A DNA stretch of 64,000 bases, taken from Sphaerodactylus townsendi. Lineage: Eukaryota. Each line of letters opens with the position of its first letter. Within the stretch, counting starts at the first letter, position 1. The notes beneath the pieces are model-generated. The model did no database searches. It worked only from the letters and a program-made list of their open reading frames with translations, and was not told the origin of the DNA. Location of the stretch: contig NC_059439.1 in assembly GCF_021028975.2 (NCBI RefSeq), positions 33,976,001 to 34,040,000 of the forward strand, written 5' to 3'. Below are positions 1 to 13,149 of this stretch, piece after piece. Made by a program: the position numbers and the translations under genes.

Positions 1-649
1 GAAAGCTCATAGGGGAATTCAAGTTGTTATTCCTTGAGGTGCCACTGGTTTTGTTTTCTTACCTCTGTCTCATTACTCTGATGAACACTTAGAAGCTGAT
101 AAAAAATTGTGTTGTTGTGGTTGAACAGTCCTGGTCATCTGGAAAACAACAATCCGAAGGTCTTTAGGACAACTAAACTGGTTTGCAACTGGTTTGAACT
201 CAGCATGTACACCTCAGCTGCACGATCAAAATAGCACATTTGTAGTGAGAAGGAAGGGGTCATGGTGGCATCATAAAGTTGAAAAGGAAGCTACTGGGGA
301 GGTTCTTTGCAGTGCCCAGGGGTCATGTGACAAGTCTCGTTTCCTTGTCTCCTTTCTCCATGAAACCATAGTGAAACTACTCACTTGACTCAAACCACTG
401 TGCAGAACTCCTGAAATTCCAAGAATCATTTTCTTGAGGATGAAGTCCTAAGCTGGCAAGGAAGGATGGGATGGTGGCCAGAATTTTGCATCTTTTTCTC
501 CTTGGGAACCCAAGGAGAAGGGTGGGGATATAAATAAATATGAGGGGTCTGTTTCAGAGCACAAGCCTAAACCCAGGTGGAGTGATTGAAGGATGAGACA
601 ATTCAACGCACAGTGACCGATGAGTAAGTCTCCACAGCAGTGAAGATTG

Positions 650-860
650 GTAAAGCGGGCATTGCTTTCTTGAAGACTACCTTCAGGATGGAGAAAAGAG
701 TATGCCATTTGGACTGAGGGGGGCCCCAGGGGTATCCATGAACCTGATCCATGAAATTGTTATTAAAAGGGGTGGTGGTTTATTTAGATGATGTGTTAAT
801 ATATATGGAAACCATGGAACAGCATGTCAAATTGGTCAGGGAAGTTCTTTGGTGGTTTAA
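650..860 (+). mobile_element. Degraded Ty3/Gypsy reverse-transcriptase fragment
   Basis: Translates (with a frameshift) to MPFGLRGAPG...GVVVYLDDVLIYMETMEQHVKLVREVL, containing the Gypsy RT MPFGL and YLDD motifs. Confidence 0.8.
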
Positions 861-1358
861 TGTTAGGTCTCGGACCCTGAATCAATAAATGGACTCTGGA
901 TCGATGATCAGGAGTATTATTTATTGGAAGGCAATGAAGTATCCAATCTGGCAAACCTGGCTTTTGCTACCCCCTTTATTCAGAACCAACCCCCCCCCTC
1001 CCATTCTCCCAAAGAAAGTGAGAAAAAGTGATTGTAGGGCTGAGGCTCTCAAGGTCAGCAAAAGATAGAGATAAACCCACCGGGCCTCCTACCCCCACAG
1101 AGAAACAGAAGCATCCCATTTCCCATGAGAACCAAATGTGTCAGGGGTAAGCCCAGTTATCTATCTAGTGTGTGAAACCATAAAACAGCGAGATCAAGGA
1201 AAGAATGCCCCATCACATAATGGTAACAGGCTGGTTACATATATTTTTCAGCTGTTGCATTGGTGTAGGAATGCATCTCAATCAACTAGATACAATCACC
1301 ATCAGTATTTTGCATCGAGCCAGGAATGCCCCTCAATCTCTGAGACGCATCCCTGACA
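861..1358. mobile_element. Possible solo LTR truncating the RT fragment
   Basis: Begins TGTTAGG and ends CCCTGACA (TG...CA with a short imperfect inverted end). No TSD found. Confidence 0.3.
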
Positions 1359-1414
1359 CAGGGGTCACTATGGCTATTTCAGGTCCAGTCAGCCAAGAAC
1401 ACCACAGGTCTCGG

Positions 1415-1860
1415 TGTTTTTGGTAGTTAATAGTTCTTTATTAAATGTTATCAACAAAACATCACAAATCAACTCCAAGACAACAAATATCATATAACTC
1501 ACATATAAAACATCTATATACAATCTGTCAAGAACAAGAAACAAAAAGAAAAAAAGAAAGTAAAATACATCTACCGGTACTTCACTTCCCACTAACATCA
1601 CATTTTAATCTTAAAACAATTTCTACCAATCTTTATTCTGGAATCTTATAAATACAATCTTTTAATTTAACATATGTACCATTCCTAATATTTACATTTA
1701 AATTACAGCTACTGTACTGCATTCCATTAATTCATACACACGCGCGCACACATATAAGTTCAATATCTTAATGTTACAAATATTCTGACAACTGCATGAG
1801 AGCAGCTCTTTGTTTAGTATAATTCACAATAGGGATCCAATCCTAAAAGATATTTACTGG
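1415..1860 (-). mobile_element. Probable L1-like LINE 3' end
   Basis: AT-rich 3'UTR-like tract. The minus strand near 1790-1860 reads ..DWIPIVNYTKQ..stop, resembling the L1 ORF2 C-terminus at 26.4-26.6 kb. Confidence 0.35.
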
Positions 1861-2663
1861 AAGGTGGTGGCACGAGGCTCGACCTTTCCCTTCTGGATCT
1901 GGAGGAACCGGCAGGGCTTGAGGCCTCGCTGGTGGCTCTTTCCGTCCTCGTATCAGCACGAGTCTTCCTTTACTCACGTTGGAGCAGGGGCGATGGCGGC
2001 GATATGGGGACTTCCATGATGGATTTGAGCTGTCTATGGATGCGGCATGCTGTGGATCCGGATCTCTACCCGTTTACCGGTGTGGATTACCAGGCCTCCA
2101 GTGCAACCTGTCATGGAGGAGGCGGAGAAACTGACCACCTTTCATCGGCAACCCAGGAATCCATTGAACGTTCCTGGACTCGTATTTTGGTGATGCTCCG
2201 GGGCCACCGTGGCTGTACTGGGGCCCGTCAAGGACACGGACTAAACCTGGAATTGGGAGGGTGTCCGTGCAGCTTCCCAATCGGGCCCCCTAATCGGACC
2301 AGCGACGCACCTGAGGTGCCACCGAGAACGCGAGCCTCTGGCGTCTCCGATGTCGCTTCCAGACTGACGAAGAGTCGAGGAAAGCCTGCATTCAGCGGAC
2401 GGTTTCCTCCCATCGAGAGGACTGGGATGAGAGGTAGAGCGACTCACCCGAGATACCCAAAGCGGCATGGAACCGTGAGCATGGCTATGGGAGGAAGGCA
2501 GGTACAGTTGCAACAAAATGAAAACCTGCAGAGGGACGGGAACAGCTTAGCGTAAGAGAAGTCCAGCTCGAGGATTGGACCCCGTGCGCCAAAGCCAGCT
2601 CAAACAATATACTAAATCTGTCAGTCCATGATAAGTCCTGGAACATTTCAGACTGGATTTACA
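1861..2663 (+). mobile_element. GC/CpG-rich segment, probably the 3' part of the 5' LTR/leader of the Gypsy element
   Basis: Ends ...ATTTACA at 2663, the inverted complement of TGTAAAT at 7093 that follows the purine-rich tract. Directly abuts gag-like sequence. Confidence 0.4.
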
Positions 2664-5600
2664 ACGGCAGCGGCGTTCGGAGCTCTCGCCATAAAGCGAG
2701 CTCACTGAAGCCCATGCAGCGGGACGAACTGGCTAAGTGGAGCGAGAAAGCTGCCTTGCATGTACCGGGATGCGATGACTGCGCCAAGGAGGGGCTGGCT
2801 GCGTTGGAGAGGGAACTAAGGAGGCAGCAGACCAGGAAGCCCCAAGTTGGAGTCATATGCTGTTACTGATCAGGCGGTGCCAGGGCGGCGTACCTGGGTC
2901 CTGCCACTAGCCAAGCGCACGCCAGCGCCCGGTTGACCCCGTTACAACAGCTGCCTGCCCAACCTGCTCAACCAGCGCAGCCACCTCCAGCGAAGCCAGA
3001 GCCGTCCGAGCGGGGCTACTACTGACCCCGATACCAGCCCGTTTTGATGGGACGTAACTTCCCTGCTTCATCTTGCAACTCAATGCCCACTTGGAGGAGC
3101 TATGATGGTTATACGGTCTGGCCCGAAAAATCACGGGACATGGTTCAGTCCTGGATGGGGCAGCAGCCGACTGGTTACGTCAACTCTTTGGATTTGCAGG
3201 ATGAGGACTCTCGCACAGTGCCCACATTCCTCCCAAGCCTTAGGCCAGCAAGATCAGGCGAAGATGAAGCTATCCAGCACCATCAAAACTATCCAGCAAG
3301 GAAGGCAACCGCCCGTTTGCAGAATTGCCGATGAATTTCGTGCGGCTGCTGGAAGAAGCTACTCCTGAGTGGCCTGAGCGCGCGGAAATCGCAGTACTTC
3401 TCGGATGCTGTGGGCTGACGAAGCTTCGTGAAGCGGTGTTTTAATTCGGGTTCCGTGCTATTGCAAGTTGGATCAGTTGGGGTCCCAAGTGGCGTCTCGT
3501 TTGGAATCACCTTCGTCAAGGAGGCATGCAGCGAAAACCACTACTGTGTCCCACCAAAGTCAAACCCAGCGCCCCTACGAAACCACCTCGTGCGTCATGA
3601 CTGGGGTTGTGTCTTTACTGCGGAGGCCAGGTCGTGGCAGCCAACTGTCCCAAGAAACAAAACCAACGTACTCCAGCTCCGGCGCACTCCGTCTGCCAAA
3701 CCACCCGCGCCAGGTGGGCCGCCTCCACAGGCTTCGTCTAGCGGTTACGGCTGACAGAGGAGGAAGCAGCTGTTTAACCTTTCTTCAGCCCCATGGACGT
3801 AGGTGACTCCTGGCGGTAGTGAAAGGCAGCGCTCATTTACTGTTCAAGCATTCACAGCCAACCCAGCTAAACACACTCGCATTATAGCCTGGAAGCCCTT
3901 GTGGATTCCGGCTGCTCCCACAGCTTAATGCGGCCCCAGGTGGCAGAGGAGCTGGGTCTGGCCCGAATTACCCTGGCTACGCCCATGCAATTCACCCAAA
4001 TGGACGGCCAGCCCCTGGGGAAGAAAAGTTGACTGATACAAAACGAAAGCGGTTCTCCTCTAGCCCGACCATTGGGAAAATTAGTTTATTTTGGCCAGTA
4101 TTCAAACACTCCATAGTTTTGGGCATGCCTTGATTCATTGTTACATGAACCAAAGTTCATTTGGAAAGAGCGGATCCCTGGGTCACTGACCCTCCCTGCG
4201 GTGGAACACATGAATTGGGGAGAAAACCGCGTCCTGATACACCTCCTGGCTTCCTCAGTGGTGCTCGATTCATTGGCATCCCACCTGCATATCATGATCT
4301 AATGAGTTTTCAGGAGCAGGAATCTGCGATCAATTGCCACCCACAGGAACACTGACTGTAAAATTGTCATACAACCAGGGGCACAACTACCCAAGGTAGA
4401 ATCTACATGAGGGAGAACCGTGCCTTCTTGGACAGAACCTTGCTTTCGCGGGTTCATCGGCTACCAAACGCACGCTGCTCCCGTTTTGTTTTGTCCAAAA
4501 GAAAGATGGTCACGGCTGCTGGAGTGCTCCGAGGTCTCAATGCGGTCTCCCTGTCCAATAAATATCATGCCTTTGATCAAAGGGACCTTTTAAGATGCAC
4601 CGGCAAGGCGCATTTTAAATTGGACTTGAGAGAGAAGCTTACTACAAGTCAGAATTGCTGAAGGCTATGAACACCTGACTGCGTTTAACACAAAGTTTGG
4701 ACAGTTTGGATATTTAATAATGCCATTAGATTTAAGTGGGGCCCCAGACTTTTATCGAAAACATATCAGCGAAGTTCTCCATGATTTACTGTACAAAGAG
4801 GTTGTTGGCCATACTTAGATGACGTTTACTCTAAAACCATAGAAGAGCATGAAATATTGGTTAGAATTATTAAAGCGGCAGCTAACAACTCTCTCTTTGC
4901 CAAACTCTCAAATCTGTTTTCATCAGACCTCCATTATTTAGGTTACGGATCTCGTGAGGCTTAACAATGGATCCTGCTAAATTGAAGCAGTCCTCAATGG
5001 CCTGCTCACCAACGCAAGAACTCCAGTCGTTTCTTGGTTTTGCTAATTTCTATAAAGTGACTTTATGCCCCAATTGGCTGAACTGACTCTCCCTCTCACA
5101 GACCTCACTACGCTAAGGGTAAAGATCCTATCCCGTAAGCCGGGGCCCCCCCCTTTCCTGGTCTGAGGGTGTCAAGCAGCCTTTCAACTATTAAAATCTG
5201 CGTTTACCTCGAACCTATCCTAAACACCCTGACCCAGATCTCCGTTTGTGGTTCGCGTGGATACCTCGGACAAAGCACTTAGAGGGCAGCCTGTTGCGAA
5301 AATAAAGATGGTAGAGCTGGTTCGGTATTGCTTATTTGTCCTAAAATTCTCTGGTGCCGAACTCAACTGGACTGTGGGGACAAAGGGCTGCGGCCATCAA
5401 AGTAGCACTCTCACTTGAAGCCACTGGCTGGGAGGGCTAAGCACCCTTTCAAGTTGGTGGGATCGCAAAACCTGGCAGCTCAACACCCCCCTCAGATGTC
5501 CATAAAACAACCGTTGGGCGATTTCTTTTCTCGTTTCTCTTTTACAGTCCATTTTCCTAGGAAAACCAACAAACTGGCTAGCTCGCCTACCCGGTGGAGC

Positions 5601-7200
5601 TGCCTGCGAGACATTCCCGTATTCTTTCCCCCTCCCAGTTGGGGTTGGCTGTCACCCGATCTCGCGTCCGCTGCCACTCCACCCCATTCCCAGTCTCGTC
5701 TCTCGGCTTTCCTGCGGGAACTGGGAGGCGGGGCTGCGAGCCTCAGCGGCGAAGGAGACTCCCAATTGCGTTTGGAGAATGGAGTTTGGCAAGAGGGGAA
5801 TGTTGGTCGTGCCCCTCCTTAAACAGGTTCTTAAACTTGCCACAATGCCAATTGACTGGACATTTTGGCTTTTGAAAGCTCTGCATTTAGCCATGACGTT
5901 CTGGTGGCACTTAATGCACAAAGACGATGAGGCGCCAGTAAAAGGCTGCTTTCGGTTTATTGCAGAAGCCGACCATCGGGAAGCCCCATGGACTATTGAA
6001 ACCTCTCCCGGTAGCCTCCACGCTATGGGAAGTCATCTCCATGGATTTTATTAGATTTGCCGAAAGTCATGGCAACCGCGGTTTTATGGGTGGTGGTAGA
6101 CTTATTCTCTAAAGCAAGCCCATTTTATTCCATGGCTAGCTACATCCCTCCGGCTCCCAAGTTGTACGGCTGTTTATTCAACATGTTTTACCGTCTCCAT
6201 TCCGCCCCCCCGTTAAGGTGGTCTCCGACCCACATGACCCCAATCATCTCAAAGTTCTGGAAGCGTTTTTTGGTTGTTGAAGTTGCGCCCGTCGCCGCCC
6301 TACCACGTTCAAAGTGGCGAGGCGGAAGCGGAACAGAACCCTAGAGCAGTATTTCACGTTGTTACTACCAACTACCACCAAGACAATTGAATAGCGACAT
6401 TCCGTTCGCGAATCACGCCTACAACAATGCGGTTCCATAGTAGTACAAAACCCGAAATTGTGTCTGGTGTCCTTCCGCCGTTACCCGCAACTGCCATGAC
6501 ATTTTGGACCCCAGAATTTTGCCGTGGATTTCATCCCTAGCCGAGGGATGGAAGTCCCGGTCCAGACAGCTTTACAACAAACAAGGACTCTACAAAACTG
6601 GCGGATAAGTAGCACGCTCGGATTTTCTGCTCGATGTAGGCTCCTGCAGGTGTACTTATCTACAAAATCTCAGAGAGCGTGCATAAATATTCCAAACTTG
6701 GCAGAGATTTGTAGGACCTTTTCTGGTCCTCGAAGTGATTAATGATGCTCACTGCCAGCCGATTGCACTAACTCACCAGTAACATCCCATTACTGTCTTT
6801 CATTCCCAGCTTGCTCAAAGGGAACTCCAGCTTCCGATGCCTGGCTTTACGACCATGGGAGAAAACCCTACAAAACCAACTGGTAGCCACAAGCACTACG
6901 AAAGTGACACTATCCTGGACTCTACAACTGTCATGTAAGCGCTTGCAATGGCTAGTCTCGTGGGTGGGATGTTCTCTGGAGGTATAATCAATGGGTTTTA
7001 TTCGAAAATGTTAGAAGCCCCACCCTTATTTCTACTTTCACCGTGCCTTTCCGCGCCAAACCTGGGGAAGGGGTCTTGCTAGAGAGGCAGAGTGTAAATT
7101 ACACACTGGAATTCCGCCACTGCCTGTGCTCCAGGTCACTGTTGCCCGGGGAGAGGTTTGCAGAGGGTGGCAGGGGAGATGCCGAGAGAGCGCCGGGTGA
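2664..7200 (+). mobile_element. Ty3/Gypsy LTR retrotransposon, chromovirus (sushi-like) type, heavily frameshifted
   Basis: Motifs appear in order: gag PARFDG (~3034) and IKTIQQG (~3282); zinc knuckle CLYCG..ANCP (3610-3650); protease ALVDSGCS (3895-3918); RT LDLRE/TAFNTKFGQF (4620-4710) and YLDD (4812-4823); RNase H VDTSDKA (~5257); integrase MDF..WVVVDLFSK (6040-6113); chromodomain-like Y..DTILDS..LVSWVG..ENVR (6897-7045); purine-rich tract then TG at 7093. Confidence 0.92.
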
Positions 7201-7356
7201 ACATGTGGGACTTTCTGGGAGGCTACAGCAGGCTGGCTCCTGCTTGAAGGGAGTTATTCAGGTTTAAATTGCCCAGGTTGGCACTCCTTGATAAATAAAT
7301 TAGGTTTTGGGTTTTGCAATTTGGGGCACTCAGTCAGAAAGGTTTGCCATCACTGC
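7200..7356 (-). mobile_element. End of a non-autonomous hAT-like DNA transposon
   Basis: Ends AGGTTTGCCATCACTG, a CAGTGATGGCAAACCT-type TIR similar to MITE ends at ~7868 and 48903. Confidence 0.55.
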
Positions 7357-7659
7357 TCTAGAACCAGAGTAAATACAGCATTCCTGCGTAAGGCTTGAGA
7401 ACTGGCTTGCCATATTGTTTGCCCTCATGCACAGAAGGACCTTTGAAATATGACAGATTTATACTGCAATCAGATGGACAGTTACTGTGCTCTAACCTTT
7501 AAATGGACTTACAAGAGAGTAAGAATTGCATTGACAGAAACCTTTTCCCACTGTCTTAAAGGGAAAATGGCCTCTGGAACAATATTGATTGTGATCTTCC
7601 TGTATATGTATGAATGAATGTAATATTGTGTGTGTGTGTGTGTATTTGTGTTTATGTTG

Positions 7660-7995
7660 CTGTGAAGTCACAGCTGACTTGTGGCTACCCTGCAGTGTAA
7701 GAAGTTGTCATTGTCTGCCTCTGGATCACAATCCTGGTATTCCTCAGAGCTCTCCCATTCAAATAACTGCCAGGGCCAAGGCTGAGAGTGTGTGACTGAC
7801 CCAAGGTCATCCAGCAATTTCCATGGCAGAATGGGGATTTGAACCTGGTTTTCTCAGGTCCTAGACCCGTGGTGGCGAACCTTTGACACTCCAGATGTTA
7901 TGGACTACAATTCCCATCAGCCCCTTCCAGCATGGCCAATTGGCCAGAAGGGGCTGATGGGATGGGTATAACATCTCAGATATAAGGTCGCCACC
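7660..7995. repeat. Old SINE (minus strand) followed by a palindromic hAT-like MITE (~7868-7995)
   Basis: GACCCAAGGTCA and GGGATTTGAACC SINE core motifs. The MITE has an ACTACAATTCCCATCAGCC core and inverted ends GGTGGCGAACC...GGTCGCCACC. Confidence 0.6.
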
Positions 7996-9606
7996 TATCT
8001 AATAATACTTTGCCCTGCTCTATTCACGAAAAGGTCTCTGTGGTTTCCTAAGAGATGTGAAAATTTGATCTGCATATGATGAAATGCAGAAGAAGACGCA
8101 ATACAAGGGGTTGGATCTACCCAGTTTTTTCCACGGTTGAAAAGGGAAGGAAAACCCTTTGACCTCCAGAGAAGGTTATGCTGGGACCTCCACGGACCAA
8201 ATCCATGTGTGATGAGGAATACAGAGAAGAAGAACATCAGGTGAGATTGGTTGAATCCCCACTACCGTCTTAGCCAGGTTTCAGAACACAAACTAACCAG
8301 GTTTGAGGTCGTTTGTGTTCTGAAACCTGGCTAAAGGCAATCGAACTCATTTCGTGAAGAAAATCTGCCTCACATTCTCATCCCCTTTATCAGAACTGCT
8401 CCTCCAGTTTTGATTAATGAAGAATGAGAACATAACCTGTCTCGTAGATATACATATGTGTGGGAAAATGCCGGAGATTAGAATTGTGGTAATGGTATTG
8501 TCATTTTTATTAGCAATCATATTGTTTGGTGCCCTGGTTCCTTTAGTCATCTTAGAATATGGGAAGTTATTTTGGAAAGGTCACCCAGCACAGCTGAAAA
8601 ATGTTAGACTCATTCATCATTTTTAGATTCAATAAAAAAAGTTTCCAGATGTATACTTATTAGTTAATAGAGAACCAATATTTCTGTCCTTTCCTTTATG
8701 CTGGGATTTATTTAACCATTTCTGAGGACCATTGATATAATTTATTCTTTGTCACTGTAAACCCAGAAGATGCTTTATCTTATTTAAAGCTCCGCAGGAC
8801 TAGCAAAATTTCACGCCCTTCCTCCGGAGAAGGAGAGGGGGCAGACATTGCGAACAGATTGTCCATGACATTTATCTTCCTTGTAAGTAAAGCCGGAAGA
8901 TTCTTAGTCTTAGCAAGACAGTTTAGTTAGAAATGAAGGTAATTGAACTGTCTCTCTCTGTCTTTAATAATTAGCTGCAGATTTTGGATCAGGAAATAAA
9001 ATATTATTATGGATGGATCTTTGTTCATGAATTTATGTTGCATATTTACATGCTGAGGGTGGGGGAACTGGCCACACCATAGGTTGATCACATTCCACAT
9101 GCCTGGCCTTCCTCTGGCTCTCAAGACTGCCTGCCTGCCTGATTTCCTGTCTGTGCCTCGACTCTGGATTGCCTTAACTATGCCTTTGCCTGCCCTGACT
9201 CTGGACTGTTTGGACTATAACTCGCTTGCTGCCCACCTGGACTCTGGTCTATCAAGCTACACCCTAGTTAGCCCCTACCAACAGACCTATAGTGAGGGGA
9301 AACTGTGCCCGGGACATGTGTGTGCCCTGTGCTACTACGCACGCCACCTGGAATGCCCCTGCCATGGCCTTGCACCAGCACGCTCCTGGAGCAAGATGTC
9401 CCCCCGCCCCCTGGGCGCTACACCACTGCCTGCCAGCAGCATAGAACTAATTTCACAGCATATAATCTAAACCATAGCAATCCGGTAAAACAATACCAAG
9501 CCCTGAAAAGAAGACCATCTAGTTTCACAACGGTTTGCACGGCTTTGAAGAGCACTGAAAGCAGTTTGAAAGTGCATTATTCTGCAATGCTTGGAATGAG
9601 CCTTGA

Positions 9607-9749
9607 GGCCCCTTCCTTTTATGCAAAAAAAACTCAATCGCCTCAATACCTTTGCAGCTGGATTTTACTGTGCGGAATAGCAAAATCCACTTGCAAGCAA
9701 TTGTGAAAGTGGATTGAAAGTGCATTAGTCTTCATGTGCGGAAGGGGCC
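9607..9749. mobile_element. PIF/Harbinger-type MITE (partial second copy at ~9520-9603)
   Basis: GGCCCCTTCC...GGAAGGGGCC termini and the AAAGTGCATTA core, as in the copy at 22591. Confidence 0.7.
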
Positions 9750-9786
9750 CCAGACACCCAGCAAAACTCAAATCTACTGTCTAGAT

Positions 9787-9893
9787 CAGGGGTGTCAAAT
9801 TCTGGTAACCCAGATGTTCACAGACTATGAATTGGTCATGCTGGCAGTGGTAGGGCTGATGAACATTTGGGAAGCCAGAGTTGGACACCCCTG
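9787..9893. mobile_element. hAT MITE with 8-bp TSD
   Basis: TIR CAGGGGTGTC...GACACCCCTG. TSD GTCTAGAT at 9779-9786 and 9894-9901. Confidence 0.9.
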
Positions 9894-10424
9894 GTCTAGA
9901 TAATTGATTGCTAAGCTACATGGTAAAGAGTTCAGAGCATTCTCTGATTTTGCCACTTCTCTCATTTCTTTTTGCACCCTGAACTCTTTGGGAAAGAACT
10001 GAAAATGAAATAAGCATGTATTACAACACGAAATTTTCCCCTGCCCAGTCAAATGCAGCCCACAGCCAGGAATTGCTTGACAAATGTCCAGGTTCTGCAA
10101 CAGGTCAGTTGATCACCAATCAGCTCCATGCCCAGTCACATGTAGCTTAGTTGGGGGTTCATTGTAAGGGTTCAAGTCATCATCATGTAGTGCATCTGAA
10201 GTGTGAAGAAGATGCAGTGCCTTTATTGGAGGGGTGTCAGAAACTGGAAATGCCTTTATTGGTGGAGTGTCAGAAACTGGAAATGGAGGCACTGGGGTTA
10301 ATGTCACAGCAACAAACAGGGGAACAATAATGTGCATGGATTGCAGAACTTGGAGCCACAAGAGAGATCATCACCTTCACACACTTCAAGTCCACTCAGT
10401 GGCCATGTACCCAAATGATGCTGC

Positions 10425-10668
10425 AGGAACGGGTTTGATTCCCAAGCTCAGCGCCTGAGCTGTGGAGGTATCACAGAATTCAGATTAGCCTGTCCCACAT
10501 GCCAGCTGGGTGACCTTGGGCTGATCACAGCTTCTCTCAGGAACTCTCTCAGCCCCATCTACCTCACAGGGTGTTTGTTGTGAGGGGAAGGGCAAAGGAA
10601 GTTATCAGCCCCTTTGGAGTCTCCTGCAGGAGGAAAGGGGGGATATACATCAAACTCTTCTTTCTTCT
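10425..10668 (+). repeat. tRNA-derived squamate SINE (Squam3-like), 5'-truncated
   Basis: Matches the abundant SINE of this window: GGGTTTGATTCCC B-box, GCTGGGTGACCTTGGGC core, (CTT)n tail. Confidence 0.8.
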
Positions 10669-12859
10669 GTAGCAGCATCCTGCTGTCTCCATTGCCACCA
10701 CATCCATTGCCCCATCTCATCTGATAAAGGGCACCTCTCTTTCCCTTTCAGAAATGTTCAGTGGTTTAGATACAGCAGCTTTTTCACTGAAGAGCAAACA
10801 TGATTAAGAGATGTGGACTCCTAATGTGGAGGAAGGGACTTGATTCCTTGCTCTTCCATATGACTAGTGGACTCCAATCCCTGAACAACAATGGGGTTCA
10901 ATTCCCCTCCTCTGTAATGAGTAGCAGACTCTAATCTGGACTACAGGAAATTTTACTCCTCCATAAGAGTGATGTCTCTAGTCTAGACAGGCTACATTCC
11001 CCCACTTCTCCATATGAGTGGCACAATCTAAGTTAGAGAATAGGGTTCTATCCTCCCTCCACACACACAGCCTTTTCATTGGTACTGTTGCATGTCCCAT
11101 TATACTCTGTCTGCTTGACAGGTCTCATGATCACAGCATAGTCTTTTAAGTGGTGGAAGGGGGCTGTCATGCTCACCTTAACAGTGGAAAACCTCAGTAG
11201 TTGTATATAGAATCTCTCAGTGAATGGTGCACAAGCCATGCTTGTATGAGGTTCTAGTAGTCCAGTCTCAAAAATGATACTATATAAAGCTGGAGAAGTT
11301 ACCAGAGGCCCAACTAAAGTGACTGAATAGGGGCAAGCATCTTTCCATAAAGGAAAAGCTGGGTGGGACTTTTTGTTGGTTTAAAAGGACAATATCAGGT
11401 TTGCCCAGTAGGAAACATTGGCCATGTTTGGTAGTAAGAGCTGCCCCAATCTGCCAAAATTTAATTGCATTATATCCCACTGAAAACGTGAACTGTTTAC
11501 ATACAACTAGAGTGATCTTTAGATTTCTATGAGACTCAAAGCGTGACTAGTTTTCTGTTTATTGAGGTTAGAATATTTGAGAGATTAGATGGGAAGGCTT
11601 CCTTCCGTGGCTTTCTTTATTCATTCTCCTGGTCCTTTAATGGGATGCTAGCTTCTCTACAGCATGTTTCCTTTGGAACCTCTAGGTCATGTATCCACAA
11701 TGAACTAGCATAGGGATCAGTCAAGATCATTTGCAATAATATTTGCTGAAGTGAATGATGTGGAAGAAACCAAAGCTTTAGGCGAAATGAATTTAGAGCT
11801 GGAAGTTGGTGCTATATCCTTTAGTTATCCATAAATAAAAATGAATGATTTAAAAAATTAAATGGGAATTTTTTTAAAAATAAAAAAAAAGAACTTTAGA
11901 GGAAAAAAATCTATCTAAAAATAGTTTAAACAGTTTTCTATTTAAAAGATACATTATAGTCAAAGATTATTCATCATGAAATAAGTTAATTTTTTGAGTA
12001 TGTCACATGAGACATGGTGAAATATTTAATTTTTTTTGGGGTAAATATATTGAGTAGCATTAAATTTGTGCTCTTCTAGGGTTTCTGTAAAATTATGTTG
12101 GGCAACTTTTCAATGGCTGATATTAGCACGTTTGTTTTACACTTCTCAAACTATGGCTTTGTGTCTTCAGTTAACATATTCTTTACAGTACACATTTATC
12201 AAATGGCTTTAGAGAGTTGTAAAAAAAGATCTTAATCCCATTGTTCTTTTGCAAATCTATGTACACAGAACCAACCCCTTCCCTCTTAAGTGCTAAGTTT
12301 CTCAGTAAATCCATTTGGATGCTAGTGTAGTCTATTTTGCTGTTAGAGGAACGTAGCTCTTTGCAAATAAATTCAAACAGTTGTAGCAGCAAAATGGAAT
12401 AAGTTGGATATGCAGGTCAAAGTTTATCAGTTACTTTCATATCACCCTTTTAATTAAATGCTCCATCATGGTTTTACAATTATTTTCACAAGAAGAACTT
12501 TTTTTGTTGTCAGAACCTCCTAGTTATTTGGTGTGGTACCACTTCAATTTACATCAGTTAAGTCAGTTAAAACTGTAATTTACAGTAGGAGATCTATGTT
12601 TGATAAGAAGTCTATCATTTTTTTAGCTTAAGCTGATGGGGGAACTCCTCAGTGTCTCTCATTTATAGTTTAAGTTTGAAATGTTGTTAATTCAAAAGGA
12701 GCCAGAGTGAAAGAGTCTTCCAGCCTACTAAAACTGTAGGCGTAAAAGTAAAAGATTCAAAATGATAAAACAATGTTTTAAATGCCAAAAGTGGAGAACT
12801 ACTCACAGCAGCTATCCTTGCTGAGGCTCCCCAGGTGGTATCAAGAGCAAGGTTTCAAG

Positions 12860-12936
<77 letters not shown>
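12860..12936. repeat. (ATC)n microsatellite adjoining an L2-type 3' end
   Basis: About 25 ATC units, followed by ..GGGCTCAGGGCGGTTTACA (L2 tail, minus strand). Confidence 0.9.
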
Positions 12937-13149
12937 TCAATTTAATAGACCACCCTACCCCCAAAGGGCTCAGGGCGGTTTACAGAACAATCAACATTTG
13001 AATACAGCAAATAGTTTTCAATTAAAACAATGAGTAAATTAAACGATAAAACACTGCTTGTAGTGATCTTCCTAGCTAAAATAAATGTAGATGATGTTGG
13101 CATAACCCTCAGGTTTATAAAGATGTTCAACAAATGAGATGGTTTGGAG

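Noticed and set aside
8417-8626. Hydrophobic 69-aa ORF, possible vomeronasal receptor exon or small membrane protein
   Set aside because: No recognisable V2R motifs or matching exons. Not distinguishable from chance in AT-rich DNA.
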